Positions 28,001-39,176 of a stretch of DNA of 64,000 nt are shown here, piece by piece; position 1 is the stretch's first letter, and each line of letters starts with the position of its first letter. The stretch is taken from contig PPNB01000002.1 of the NCBI GenBank assembly GCA_003707115.1, forward strand, positions 310,001 to 374,000, given 5' to 3'. Source of the stretch: Tortispora ganteri (taxonomy: Eukaryota). A program made the position numbers and the translations under genes. The notes under the pieces were generated by a model. It was not told the origin of the DNA, searched no databases, and saw only the letters and a program-made list of their open reading frames with translations.

Positions 28001-30907
28001 GCTATTGGTGGGTTCAGATCTTCCAGTCTTCGTGTTAAGGAACTTCTCAATGAAAATAATGCTATTCGATCGCAACTTTCTCAGCTCTCTACCTCTTCGT
28101 CTGGATTTGAACTATTGGCAGAGAAAAAAGAAGTTGAATTGAAGAATCTTAACTCAAAATGTGAGGAGATTGATCGGCAGTACTCGGAATTGCTTTCAGA
28201 GAAGTCATCTTTGGACTCAAAGTATTCTTCTGTAGTTGAAGAACTTCGTAAGGCAAACGAAGAAATGACGGCATTGAAAGATAGCAATGTGACTTTGAAA
28301 GATGAACTTGATCGGTTAGAGTCTTTACCACGAGTTGAATACTCAAAGTACCAGCAAGCGTTGGAACAAATAAAGGAATATACCGAGAAAATTGCATACC
28401 TTGAGCAGATTGTTGAGGCAGACAAATCTGTCCGTATTGATGAATCTAAAGATAATGAATTGAAATTCCAAAAACTCGAACGCGAATTCAAAGATTCCAA
28501 AAATGCATCGGCCAGATTGCAAAAGGAACTTTCTGAACAGGCAAATTACCTGAATGAACTCTTACAAGACAAATCTCGTCTAGAGCGTGAAGCTCGACAG
28601 CACGCTCATGAGATATCAAGCCTTCGCGATAAGCTTGATAATATGAGTATCGAGAACATTAGACTCAAGGAAACGTATGATAATTCTAAGCTGTTTGACC
28701 TTGAAGAAAAATTGAAACGAAATGAAGAGCAGAAAAATTCTATGGTTCTCGAACTTGATAAAGCTCGCGAATCTCTACTACAAAGTGCCTCAGCACATAC
28801 TTTAAAGCTTGATGAATTTACTAGCACTATATCATTATTACGTGCCGAAATTTCAGAAAAAGATGCAGCAGCAGCAAAACTTTCCAGTGAAGTGGAAATG
28901 TTGAAATCTGATATTGAGACAGGTTTTAAGGATGCTGAAAAGGAGAAGCTAACTTTGCAAGAAAACTTGACGCGAAAATCGGAAGAACTTCAACTTTTAT
29001 CAGAAAAATGCAAACATCTTGCTGAAGAGAATGCTACTCTAATATCCTCTAAGAATGATAACTCTAAAACCTTTACTGAACTTGAAGAGCGTTTAAGTGT
29101 TGCTACATCCGACAAAGAAAAGATTTTGAGTGCTATGCGTGCTCTGCAGTCTGATAGAGATGCTATTGAGACTCAAAGACAGCAGCACTTGAATAAGTCC
29201 GAAGAATTAGAAATAAAGCTAAATGATCATGCGAAGGATCTTAAAAAAGCTAATATTCAGCTAGAGAATATTTCAGCGCAGAAGGCTAAGCTGGAGAATG
29301 TTATTCATGATCTGAGGAAAGAATTAGATGATGCTCTTTCATCTAAGGAAGAAGCTGACGTGAAAATTGGTCAATTACAGAAGGAGTTAAGCGATTTATC
29401 GGCTTCAGTAAATCCTCAAAAACTGGAAGATGCAATCTCTCGGTTAGAGGAAGAAAGGCGTAACCGCCTTGCTGCAGAGGCACGCTCCCAGAAGCTCTCT
29501 GAACGCAATTCTGAGTTGGAAAACACTATTCAGGAGCGCCAGAGCTATCTTAATAGCTTTGTATCCAACAGGGGTATCACTTCTCTTTCTGCTTCCAGCA
29601 ACCCATTGTCGGGACTTGGTGAGATTCCTAGAGGATATGATTCTCAGTCTGACATATCTGGAATACATAACCTGAAGCAAGCAGATAAAGACAGCATGAC
29701 TAGCGACGATGAGTTTTTGGAAAAATGGAAACTTCTCGAAGAGGCCCATGAAGTCGAAATACGAAAGGCAAAATCGTTAGAGAAAGAGAAAACTGCCGTT
29801 CTGAAAACGATGAAGAATATGCAAGCAGACATGGATAGGCTGTCTATCAAAGATAGAGAGCTTGAGGAAGAAATCCAAAACTTGCAAAAAGAAGTCGAAG
29901 AGAAAGGTGAATACATTGTTAAGACTGAATATAAACTTAAACAGGAGCAAGAGACCTCTAAGAGCTTGCAGCATCAAGTGGAAGAGAAATCCGAATCTTT
30001 ATCGAAACTGGAGAAGCAAAACAGCAAATTAGAACAAAAATTGTATAATCTGGAGGCGAAACTGACTAAAGCTAAGGCTGCCGCCGAGCAAACAGCTGCT
30101 GAAATTACTAATTTGCATAAGGATAACCAGTTATTGAAGCAGCAATTGGAAGGATTAGAGGAGACTCTTCAAGAGCAGGCGAGGAGTCATGAACAGCATA
30201 TCGCCAAGACTGCTGCGAAGTACTCCTTCCAGATTGATTCTTTAACGTCTGAACTTGAAACCGAGAAAGCCAGTGTTAGGCGGTTCAAACTATCATCTGA
30301 AACATTGAAGCAGAAATTAGACAAAGAGGTTTCAATTAGAGATGAGTTAGAGGAGACTGTGAATAATCTGAAGCATGAGGTTGGCAGAATTGAATTTGAA
30401 CGACAATCCGTGTTACAAGAGAAGGAAGATCTTGAGGCCAAGAATGAAACTTTAAAGGAGGAAATCCACGAAGTTCAGCAGTTATTGAATCGTATGCAAA
30501 CAATGATTGATTCATTAGTTGAGGAACGGGATCGCGCTCATGAGGAAAAACGCCAACTTGAGTCACGGGTTCGTGATATCTCTCGAAGTCAAAGTTCTAA
30601 AGTACTTTCTAGCATTGCTAATGATACCAACGGAAAAGAAGAGCTTGCTAACGTCCAGAAAATGCTTAGAGATGAAAAGATGAGACACGAACGTACACAA
30701 AAGGAAGTTCGCACTTATAAGTCACAGTATAATGAAGCTGAGCAGAGCATGAAAGAATTTGAGGCTAGACTAAGAAGAGCAGAGGAAGATTCAGAAAGAT
30801 CTAACAAAGAGAACCGACAACTAAATGAGAAGATCCTAGATCTTGAGGAGCAAGTTGCTCGATTGCGAAGTCGAAGCCACGGCAACATTAGTGGATTAGT
30901 CCATTAA
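25037..30907 (+). CDS. MYO1: Type II myosin heavy chain
   Basis: NPPQFEKVSDMA, GESGAGKT, NDNSSRFGKF, DIAGFE, QLRCNGVLEGIR, IQ motif, PWFKLF, long heptad tail; first in-frame ATG at 25037. Confidence 0.96.
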   Translation: MADLDDQVWISIDETQFVQGRVTSIKGTDCSVACEDGILRSVAVKDIQKANPPQFEKVSDMAKLTHLNEPSVLHNLKSRYQDDSIYTYSGLFLVAVNPYKSLPLYTQEIVDNYIQENINEPHLFAVANMAYDNLIRNNKDQSILVTGESGAGKTESTKKIIQFLTAKASSNLKSLDQQILQANPLLESFGNAQTVRNDNSSRFGKFIRIEVDKAGHICGATIDWYLLEKSRIVTQNSNERNYHIFYQLLAGAPAELLSKVKLSRDPNQYNYLKNCNKYISGVSDSDEFQKLVAAMSVVGFSQEEQTNIFTVLSIILHIGNIAFSEDRSGQARISNPESLRQLCTLMSISYSKFSESLISPKVKAGREFVTQKRSASQAKFTADSVAKALYERLFATLVNRINETLQRQGDVHHFIGVLDIAGFEIFEHNSFEQLCINYTNEKLQQFFNHHMFVLEQEEYSREQIDWNFVDYALDLQKTIGVIEGTKPIGLLSCLDEDSVMPAATDKSFTDKISSIWSSDAEEQENTVFQPLKLKQGFELSHYAGKVEYSTEGWLEKNKDPMTEALCELFSGSDFTFLAELFREGLLGNQAKGKRGQFRTVSQRHREQLSALISTLEATEPYFIRCIIPNSEHRAGMIDTALVLKQLRCNGVLEGIRISRSGFPNRIFYHEFQSRYKILSKKPLKGLSPKDVTASIVANTDLTTDHYRFGLTKVFFRAGVLAILEQRRTSILDSLFTQFQSISRGFIARSALAETQRKQAALRLIQNSIQKYLETNSDPWFKLFCHLKPAITVSLQKEAGSGTSSRETHRLRRKVHSLEVSIKDKDAAISSLKIDLEKAKEDIESSFVKVSSKDSEIQKLREEHEILHASFTETIASLQGLEKQCKELNAAKAQIESQSQKLRDEIENGSKLVGKLEAEKLTLSERISELEVSLQETAISSSSEHKMIETLSSEVRMLKEVVKSKNDTIEALQKKTKDIELELTEKLKEAIGGFRSSSLRVKELLNENNAIRSQLSQLSTSSSGFELLAEKKEVELKNLNSKCEEIDRQYSELLSEKSSLDSKYSSVVEELRKANEEMTALKDSNVTLKDELDRLESLPRVEYSKYQQALEQIKEYTEKIAYLEQIVEADKSVRIDESKDNELKFQKLEREFKDSKNASARLQKELSEQANYLNELLQDKSRLEREARQHAHEISSLRDKLDNMSIENIRLKETYDNSKLFDLEEKLKRNEEQKNSMVLELDKARESLLQSASAHTLKLDEFTSTISLLRAEISEKDAAAAKLSSEVEMLKSDIETGFKDAEKEKLTLQENLTRKSEELQLLSEKCKHLAEENATLISSKNDNSKTFTELEERLSVATSDKEKILSAMRALQSDRDAIETQRQQHLNKSEELEIKLNDHAKDLKKANIQLENISAQKAKLENVIHDLRKELDDALSSKEEADVKIGQLQKELSDLSASVNPQKLEDAISRLEEERRNRLAAEARSQKLSERNSELENTIQERQSYLNSFVSNRGITSLSASSNPLSGLGEIPRGYDSQSDISGIHNLKQADKDSMTSDDEFLEKWKLLEEAHEVEIRKAKSLEKEKTAVLKTMKNMQADMDRLSIKDRELEEEIQNLQKEVEEKGEYIVKTEYKLKQEQETSKSLQHQVEEKSESLSKLEKQNSKLEQKLYNLEAKLTKAKAAAEQTAAEITNLHKDNQLLKQQLEGLEETLQEQARSHEQHIAKTAAKYSFQIDSLTSELETEKASVRRFKLSSETLKQKLDKEVSIRDELEETVNNLKHEVGRIEFERQSVLQEKEDLEAKNETLKEEIHEVQQLLNRMQTMIDSLVEERDRAHEEKRQLESRVRDISRSQSSKVLSSIANDTNGKEELANVQKMLRDEKMRHERTQKEVRTYKSQYNEAEQSMKEFEARLRRAEEDSERSNKENRQLNEKILDLEEQVARLRSRSHGNISGLVH

Positions 30908-31029
30908 AGGAACGAATGTAGTTATATAACGACAATAATACCGTAATGGAATAGAGCAAAATAATAATTGTACTGTATTAAGATTCTAATAGATATATTG
31001 GATTCCTGTGAAGAAGATTGATTAAGCGA

Positions 31030-32010
31030 TTAAGCAGAGAGTTTATCAACCAGAAGCTGGTGGAGAACTTTAGCGTCAGCCGAGAACTTGCGGATACCTT
31101 CAGAAAGCTTCTCAGTAGCCATGGCATTCTCGTTTAGCTCAAAACGGAAGCTAGGTTCATCATCAACGAAAGATACCTTTTCGGGAACTGAGGAGGAAGT
31201 AAGAGCGGCAGCAGCATCGAGCTTTTTAGGAACAGGTTCAGTTGAGCTATAAAGTTGTTCCAAAAGTGCGGGAGAGATAGTAAGGAAGTCGCAACCGGCA
31301 AGCTCAGTGATTTCACCCGTATTTCTAAAAGATGCACCCATCACAATGGTTTTATAGCCGTATTTTTTATAATAATCAAAGATCTGCTTGACGGATTCTA
31401 CGCCAGGATCATCTTGGGCAGTATAAGTCTTTCCAGTTGAAGCTTTATACCAGTCTAAAATACGGCCGACGAACGGAGAAATCAAAGTGACTTGAGCTTC
31501 CGCACAGGCAACTGCTTGTACGAAAGAGAAGAGCAAAGTCAAATTGCAATGAATTCCATGCTTAGCTTCAAGTTCGCGCGCAGCCTGGATACCTTCCCAA
31601 GTGGAGGCAATTTTAATTAGGATTCTTTCTTTGTCAATACCGGCCTTCTTATAAAGGTCAATAATATGGAGAGCTTTCGCAATAGTGGCTTCTTTGTCGA
31701 AGGACAAGCGAGCATCAACTTCAGTAGAAACACGGCCTGGGACAATTTTCAGAATCTCCTTACCAAATTCTACGAGCAAACCATCAAGAGCCTTTTCGGC
31801 CTTTTCTTCGATGGAGCCCGATGTACCTTTAACGGCATCGACGGCAGCGTCAATAAGCTTAGCATATTCAGCTTTCTTAGCTGCAGCCAAAATCAAAGAA
31901 GGATTAGTAGTAGCGTCTTGAGGTTTGTATTTCGCAATAGACTCAAATTCTCCAGTGTCTGTAACAACAACGGTGCCAGCGGCTTTGAGCTGTTCAAGAG
32001 ATGATGACAT
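31030..32010 (-). CDS. TAL1: Transaldolase
   Basis: [43 protein letters not shown]. Confidence 0.98.
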   Translation of the reverse strand: MSSSLEQLKAAGTVVVTDTGEFESIAKYKPQDATTNPSLILAAAKKAEYAKLIDAAVDAVKGTSGSIEEKAEKALDGLLVEFGKEILKIVPGRVSTEVDARLSFDKEATIAKALHIIDLYKKAGIDKERILIKIASTWEGIQAARELEAKHGIHCNLTLLFSFVQAVACAEAQVTLISPFVGRILDWYKASTGKTYTAQDDPGVESVKQIFDYYKKYGYKTIVMGASFRNTGEITELAGCDFLTISPALLEQLYSSTEPVPKKLDAAAALTSSSVPEKVSFVDDEPSFRFELNENAMATEKLSEGIRKFSADAKVLHQLLVDKLSA

Positions 32011-32530
32011 TATTATAAAATGGGCAGAAAATTAGTAACGTTGGGGGAGGCAAAGCAGGTCAATTGGTTTACGAAGAGTATAGCCAAAGAAGTGGTATAT
32101 GATTAATGTAAACTGAATAGTCTATTGCTGATATCGGAGGTCGCAGAAACGTGTTAGAAGCAATAATAACCAAGGATGAAGGAAGGGTTTATACAACAGG
32201 GTTTTGCCTTTATATGTGTGAAGCAATTGAGCCGGGCGGAGGGGGGCAAACTTTAATTTTTCGATTTCCCCACGTTCATAGATTTTATCCGGAACATTCT
32301 GCTATTGAACAAAATCTATGATGAAGCAGCACTGACAAATAAAAAATATACATTCTACATAAGATATTATAAATTCAAATGTACTTATTTGAATGCAATT
32401 TTTATCCCTTGAAAGCCTCTCAGCGGAGCCTAAGGCATCTTCTAGCGGTTACTAATAAAGTTTTGCCGACTCTATCATCCTGTTCTCTGCTCAATCCGCC
32501 TAGTACATTTCAGCAAAATACATTATCAAC

Positions 32531-32905
32531 ATGAATTTCGCAGATTTTCAGTATATGAAACAAGTGGCAGACATCTATGAGAATATTGCAGATAAATATT
32601 ATATTAATATTATTAAGCGTATATTAACGAATGCACGTGAAAATCCTGATCTTACGCAATTAGTGCTTCTCTTGCTTGTATTGTACCTTTCGGTTGCCAT
32701 ATTAGCACATATGAGCAGAATGGCATTTATGACACTCAGAACTATTTCCAGATTATGGATATACATAATATTTGCTTTTTGGCTCATCAATTGCTTTTAT
32801 AACGGTGTATATAAGGCCACTTCGGATCTGCTCATAATCGCGGATGCTATCGCTCGTCGAACTATCGCCTTCATGACAAAAGTACAAGAAAATCTTACTT
32901 CATAG
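32531..32905 (+). CDS. APQ12: Small two-TM membrane protein, Apq12-like (nuclear envelope)
   Basis: 124 aa; NPDLTQLVLLLLVLYLSVAIL, a short basic amphipathic linker, then a second hydrophobic helix, resembling the Apq12 domain. Confidence 0.55.
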   Translation: MNFADFQYMKQVADIYENIADKYYINIIKRILTNARENPDLTQLVLLLLVLYLSVAILAHMSRMAFMTLRTISRLWIYIIFAFWLINCFYNGVYKATSDLLIIADAIARRTIAFMTKVQENLTS

Positions 32906-33171
32906 AGTCTGCCACAGTTTGTAAATGATTACCATCTATGACATCTCGCTTTATACGATCATCTATTTATCTATTTCCTAACATTTTCATTCACTTGTCT
33001 TTCTGTCTGCTAATCTAAATAACCAAACATGTTACCCGGCTTCGGAAGCTTAACGATTCCTCATATTAACGTTTAGTTCTCACTTTAGGAGCTTTTTTTC
33101 TCTTTAATTTTTGCTTGCTTCTTCTAACAGTTGATCGCTTTTCAAATCGCAAAACTCTGTAAATTTAAGTG

Positions 33172-34537
33172 ATGTCTAAAGGAAAAGTTTGTCTTGCTTA
33201 CTCTGGAGGTCTTGATACTTCCATCATTCTTGCATGGCTCCTTGAACAAGGTTATGAGGTTATCGCTTTCATGGCCGATATCGGACAAGGTATGTAAATT
33301 CCTTCTCATCCAAGCTTTGGTTTATATTCTTTGTGATATGTATATCAATATCTAGAATTACTTGGAATCTTCATTTTACATTATCGAAAGGTTCTTGTAC
33401 TAACAATCTCTCATAGAGGAGGATTTCGAGGCAGCCCGCCAGAAAGCCCTGAAAATCGGTGCTACTAAGTACGTTTTGGTCGACGTCCGTCGTGAATTCG
33501 TTGAACAACAATGCTTCCCCGCTGTTCAAACAAACGCTATTTACGAAAACGTTTACCTCTTAGGAACATCTCTTGCTCGCCCCGTTATTGCCAAGGCCCA
33601 AATTTCGGTCGCTGAACAGGAAGGTTGCTTTGCTGTCTCTCATGGCTGCACAGGCAAAGGAAATGATCAAGTCCGTTTCGAGCTCGCTTTTTACGCCCTT
33701 AAGCCAGATGTAAAAGTAATTGCTCCTTGGCGTATGCCTGAATTTTTCAATCGCTTTGAAGGCCGATCTGCTCTTCTAGCTTACGCTGAGGAGAAAGGTA
33801 TCCCCGTCACCCAAACCAAAGCCAAGCCTTGGTCCACTGATGAGAACCTCGCTCACATCTCATTTGAAGCTGGTATCCTTGAAGACCCTGATACTACTCC
33901 GCCTAAAGATATGTGGAAACTTACCGTCGACCCTACTGATGCTCCTCAAACACCCGAAGATTTCACTGTTTTGTTCGAAAAGGGCTTGCCAGTTAAGCTG
34001 ACTTACACTAAAGATGGGCAGACTGTGAGCGTTACTGACCCCGTCGAACTATTCTTGACCGCCAATGCCATTGCTCGTCGTAATGGTGTCGGTCGTATTG
34101 ATATCGTTGAGAACCGATTCATTGGAATTAAATCTCGTGGATGCTACGAGACCCCTGGTCTCACTTTACTTCGAACAGCTCACATCGATCTCGAAGGACT
34201 CGTTATGGACCGTGAAGTTCGCGCTCTTCGCGATCAGTTTGTTACGCCTGCCTATTCTCGTATTCTCTATAACGGTATGTACTACAGCCCTGAGGGAGAA
34301 TACGTCACTTCTATGATTGCTCCTTCCCAGATTTCCGTCAATGGACAAGTTCGTGTTCGTGCCTATAAAGGTAATACCATCATACTTGGCCGCTCTTCAG
34401 AGACTGAGAAACTGTACGATGCTACTGAAAGTTCTATGGATGAGATTGGTGACTTCCAGCCCACTGACACTACCGGTTTCATTGCCGTTCAAGCAATCCG
34501 TTTGAAGAAATACGGAGCAACCAAGCTCGGAAAGTAA
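33172..34537 (+). CDS. ARG1: Argininosuccinate synthase; 2 exons (33172-33289, 33417-34537)
   Basis: [17 protein letters not shown]; intron 33290-33416 (GTATGT..TACTAAC..TAG) restores [21 protein letters not shown] and [10 protein letters not shown]. Confidence 0.98.
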
Positions 34538-34744
34538 ATTTTGAAGGATATAGAAGGTAGTATACTTAATGTTGTGAGATAAGTATAATGCAAGACTGTC
34601 AATACTAGAATATGGACATACTTTTTTGTATAGTTAGTGTATCGCGTATAGAGATTAACTAGTGCATACGGCTATTCTCCGAAAGGATATAGCAAATAAG
34701 CAAAGAAAAAATAGCTAGTAAACTATTATTATATGTTAAAAAAC

Positions 34745-36218
34745 CTAATATTCAGCCTGGTCCTCATAAGCCCCCTCATATCCTTCATAGGCTTCCATGT
34801 CGTCTTCAATACCTATGCTCTGGTACTGCTCGTATTCATGAATGAGGTCGCTAATATCACCTTCAGCCTCCGCAAACTCAGCCTCTTCCATACCCTCACT
34901 TAAGAACCAATGAATATAAGCCTTGCGTTGGTACATCACAGTAAACTGAGAATTCAAACGTTGGAACAGGTCTTGGATGGATGTTGAATTTCCAATAAAC
35001 GTAGCCGATACAGGCAAATCCTTAGGAGGAACAGAGCAGACAGCAGTCTGAACATTGTTGGGAATCCATTCAACAAAATTGGCAGAGCCCTTGTTCTGGA
35101 CAGAGCTCATTTGATCTTCAACTTCTTTGACAGACACGTCACCGCGGAAGAAGGTAGCGGCAGTAAGGTAACGGCCAGTTCTGGGATCAGCCGCAGCCAT
35201 CATATTTCTGGGATCAAACAGCTGCTGGGTAAGTTCAGGAACGCTAAGAGCTCGAAAGCTCTGTGAGTTTACTGAAGACAAAGGAGCGTAACCAACCATG
35301 AAGAAGTGAAGTCTAGGAAACGGCACCAAGTTAACAGCAAGTTTTCTGAGATCAGAGTTAAGTTGACCGGGAAATCGAAGACCAGTAGTGATACCAGACA
35401 TAACAGAAGAAACAAGTTGATTCAGATTGTAGTGGGAGGGATGAGGAAGTTTGAGGGTATTAACGCAGATATCGTACAAAGCCTCATTGTCAATACAGAA
35501 AGTTTCATCCGCATGTTCTGTCAACTGGTGCATGGAAAGGGTAGCATTGTAAGGCTCTACCACGGTATCAGATACTTTAGGAGAAGGCAACACGGAAAAA
35601 GTAGCGAGCATGCGATCAGGATACTCTTCGCGGATTCTAGAGATGAGCAGAGTACCCATACCAGAGCCTGTACCTCCACCAAGGGAGTGAGAAACCTGGA
35701 AGCCTTGAAGAGATTCACAGGCTTCCGCTTCACGGCGGATAGCATCCAAGACGGTATCAACGAGTTCTGCGCCTTCAGTATAATGGCCTTTAGCCCAGTT
35801 ATTTCCGGCGCTTGACTCACCAAAGATGTAGTTATCGGGTCTGAACATAGATCCATGAGGGCTTGACCGAATAGAGTCCATCACGCCAGGCTCTAGGTCA
35901 ACGAGAACGGCACGGGGCACGTAGCGTCGATTGTTAGCTTCAGCAAAATAGACATCCAAACGATCGGTCTCTACGTGATCGTGACCAGTATATTGACCAG
36001 ACACATCGATGGAGTGTTCTGAAGCTATTCTAGACCAGAATTCAGATCCCTATAGATAGAGTTGTTAGTATATCATGCTTGACGCATATAACTGTATAGG
36101 GATGTGTATACTTACAATTTGGTTACCGCATTGACCTGCGGATAAATGAATCTAATAAAACGCGTGTTAGTTGACATACAAAAACAAGATAAAAACAAAT
36201 ACTTACAATTTCTCTCAT
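34745..36218 (-). CDS. TUB2: Beta-tubulin; 3 exons (36218-36207, 36151-36116, 36049-34745), about 450 aa
   Basis: [21 protein letters not shown]; introns 36206-36152 and 36115-36050 (GTAAGT..CTAAC..TAG); [34 protein letters not shown]. Confidence 0.96.
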
Positions 36219-36633
36219 CTCTCAAGCGGATTTGTTCTAATTAGAGGCTAGTTTGACGCAGAAAGAGGATTAGGTGAACAGCGCGTAAACAAAGAAACAA
36301 AGGGTCCCAATAGACGCAATGTGGTGGAGCAGATGATAGGTCAAAAACCTATGTACAGTGAGAGTTATAATTGCCATAACAACCACACCATGAACAAAGT
36401 TAAAATAGAATAGTGCGGCTATAATTCGCTTGGCTAGAAATATATAGTTTCGATTAATTTGAGACAGGTGCTTTTTTGGCCAAGTTCTGAGGTTCGATTA
36501 GCTGGTATACTTATTCAAAATAACTAATAGGTTTAGTGAATTATTACTTATTGTTTAGATAACAATTATGCCGATATTTATTCTGCGAAAAGTTGAGGTG
36601 AAGTAATTCTAAACTGGAAAAGATGAACCGCGC

Positions 36634-36709
36634 CACATGGGGGGTTTGCCCGATATCCCCAACCACAGCATGAGTTTCCGAAGAAAGTGATACTTTTTAG
36701 TGCATGTGA
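36634..36709. promoter_or_regulatory. Two CATGTG bHLH elements (UAS-INO/ARE1 core) upstream of OPI1
   Basis: CACATG 36634-36639 and CATGTGA 36703-36709. Confidence 0.45.
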
Positions 36710-37001
36710 CACTAACAACTATACTTAACCTCCGCTAAACATTTTCTCCCCTTTTCTTTTAGGTAGAGAAGAGACAGAATCTTGCTGATCATTTAAGTAA
36801 CCTATAATCGAATTAGTTGAAGAAGTGTTCGTTGAAAGATATTGTGGAAGACTAGCTAAAAGTTAGCTAACAACTCGCCCGATATCTATCCTGATTATAC
36901 CCCTTTTCCTCCGCTTGTTTGCTCGACTTTTGCGCTGTGTAAAGTCGGTTCCTCGATATATCCCCAAAGTTTGTGTTAAATTTTTGTGAGGTTTTTTGAG
37001 C

Positions 37002-38168
37002 ATGGTAGAGACAGATTCTAATGCGAGCTACGATGAGGAAATGAGGATGGCTGCCCAAGTATTAGGCAAACTTCAAAATGGGGGTTCTAAATCACCATCG
37101 TCGTTCGATCAAGACCAGCCACTAGTATCAGACACAAACTCTCCGGATATAAGATCTAAAATCGGATCGATACCTTTAGTTTCGACTGCTGTCAAAGCAT
37201 ATGAATCTTCGAAAGAACGAGTTCCAGGATTTCGCTACGGTGCCGAACTAGTCGAATACGTGACAAGGCCTATGGTGGCTCCGATCGAGTGTTTTGCCAA
37301 CAGACAATTAGGAAGGTTAGAAACTAGCATAGATTCAAGTCAAACTGCGATACATAATGTCTGGGCAAACGCCAGCGGTATTAGTGTTGCCTTGTCGGAA
37401 GAATCTTACAGATCTTTATCGTACTGTGTGCATGTGCTACGGTCTGCTAACAACCGTCTTCTCGTGCTCAGCAAAGACTTAGAATTCCAAATCTCAAATT
37501 GCAGCCATCAACAGAATCTTTCTAACACTCAATCACAAACTGAGACTCAAACCCAGAATCAACTTTCTCTAGATGCAATTCGCGCTGAGATTATCTCTAC
37601 TATAAAACACGTCTTTGCTACTGTTTCAACATACGCAGGAAATGCATTACCTGATAGTGCTCGTGAATCCATCAGATCTCTTATATTAAGTTTGCCGTCT
37701 AGATGGGCATCGTCAGCTACTGCGTCAGATTCCACTCCTTCTACGCCTATACTAGGCCAAACATCTAATGGTCAGGTTCAAGAGAATGGAAATAAAATAG
37801 TCGACTCTCAGATAATAGGCAATAGGGTATTGATTTTATCCAGAGAAGCGCTCAAAACCGTTAATGGGTTGATAACTGTCCTCGATAACATACTACGGAG
37901 TGCTGAACAATGGTTTGGTAGATTCAACAATGGTCAGGTACCTAATGTCTCTGCTATACCTGAATCTTCAAATGTAATGCATTTGAATGGATACACAGCA
38001 CCAACTAATAACGGTGCCAATACAGGAGGTGATAACTCTGGTATTACAAATATCAATACCGAATCTACTACATCAACGAGTGTTAATATTCCTGGTATTG
38101 AATCCCTTACAAACAGGAACTATACAAGGAACGAACTATCAAATAGTCCAACTCCAATGGAAATTTAA
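37002..38168 (+). CDS. OPI1: Opi1/Yas3-family transcriptional repressor
   Basis: MAAQVLGKL, AYESSK..FRYGAELVE, FANRQLGRLE, LSEESYRSLSYCVHVLR, STYAGNALP..RSLILSLPSRW; no FFAT (EFFDA) motif seen. Confidence 0.88.
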   Translation: MVETDSNASYDEEMRMAAQVLGKLQNGGSKSPSSFDQDQPLVSDTNSPDIRSKIGSIPLVSTAVKAYESSKERVPGFRYGAELVEYVTRPMVAPIECFANRQLGRLETSIDSSQTAIHNVWANASGISVALSEESYRSLSYCVHVLRSANNRLLVLSKDLEFQISNCSHQQNLSNTQSQTETQTQNQLSLDAIRAEIISTIKHVFATVSTYAGNALPDSARESIRSLILSLPSRWASSATASDSTPSTPILGQTSNGQVQENGNKIVDSQIIGNRVLILSREALKTVNGLITVLDNILRSAEQWFGRFNNGQVPNVSAIPESSNVMHLNGYTAPTNNGANTGGDNSGITNINTESTTSTSVNIPGIESLTNRNYTRNELSNSPTPMEI

Positions 38169-39176
38169 GACCATTTCAATAGTTTTAAGATCCATCTGGA
38201 TACTGAAACGATTAGTTTATACTGTACTTATAATATTTAATAATCACCATTGTTATTAAACTTTAATATAACGTGTATCTTTGCGCATTTATTGGCTGAA
38301 TCGGTATTTAAGCTCACAATTAGCGCCGATTTTGCAACTTAACCGAATAGTTGTTTCGTAGATCTCTTACATACCGATACAATGCCGTTGTATCGATCTC
38401 AATGTTCAATTTCAGTATGCGCTATTAATTACATATTAATTTACGCTTATATCCAAGACTGGCCAAACCTCTTACAGTTTGTTTTAGTCGTGCAACTGTA
38501 AGAAGCTTGGCCGTTGCCTTGAAAAACTGCAACATTGATTATAAACCCTCGACCCATCATAATACTAGCATTGCGGACTTCTCCGAAGAGAATATTTTTT
38601 GTAGGATTGTTTTATAGCAATAAGTTGGTTAGAATCTTCTTATAATTCTCTGATAATTAAAAAATCAACTAAAATGTTCCCTAATGATTGTATTACTTGA
38701 CTTGTTTTTAAGAACTCTCTATTCAATAAGGATGTCGTTATTAAGGTTTGGCAGCTTTACGGACGTAAACTTAATAACCTATTATATCAAAGCCTATAAC
38801 TGGAATACTTCTTCTTGTAGACTTTATAAAAATTGCAAGGTTATATTAATGTGTAGAATCAAAGAATCTTACGGTTTCGTTATACAATTATGCACCGAAT
38901 TCATGTGAGAGGTGTACCCTTCACGCTATTGTAACTGAACCTTATTTGTTTACCCATCGAAACTACTACAAACAATAAGCCTTTTTTTTGCTCCTTTCTT
39001 CACGCATTTCTCTCCTGATTTTATCCTAAAACTTGCCTTTTATACATTTATTCTGTTCATTATATAATTAGAAAAATTAATACCCTTGTTACTTTTGTTT
39101 TCTGTTTCTGTTTCTTTTCACTACCCGCTCAGCTATTTCTGTAACTCCTTGTTTCCATTTCCACACATATCCTTGC

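Noticed and set aside
33090..33130. 5'UTR intron of ARG1 (pyrimidine tract + CTAACAG)
   Set aside because: No consensus donor upstream, and the branch-to-AG spacing is unlike the six supported introns.
36710..36762. 3' splice site upstream of OPI1 (ACTAAC...TTTTCTTTTAG)
   Set aside because: No convincing donor found and the branch-to-AG distance is far longer than in supported introns; needs RNA data.
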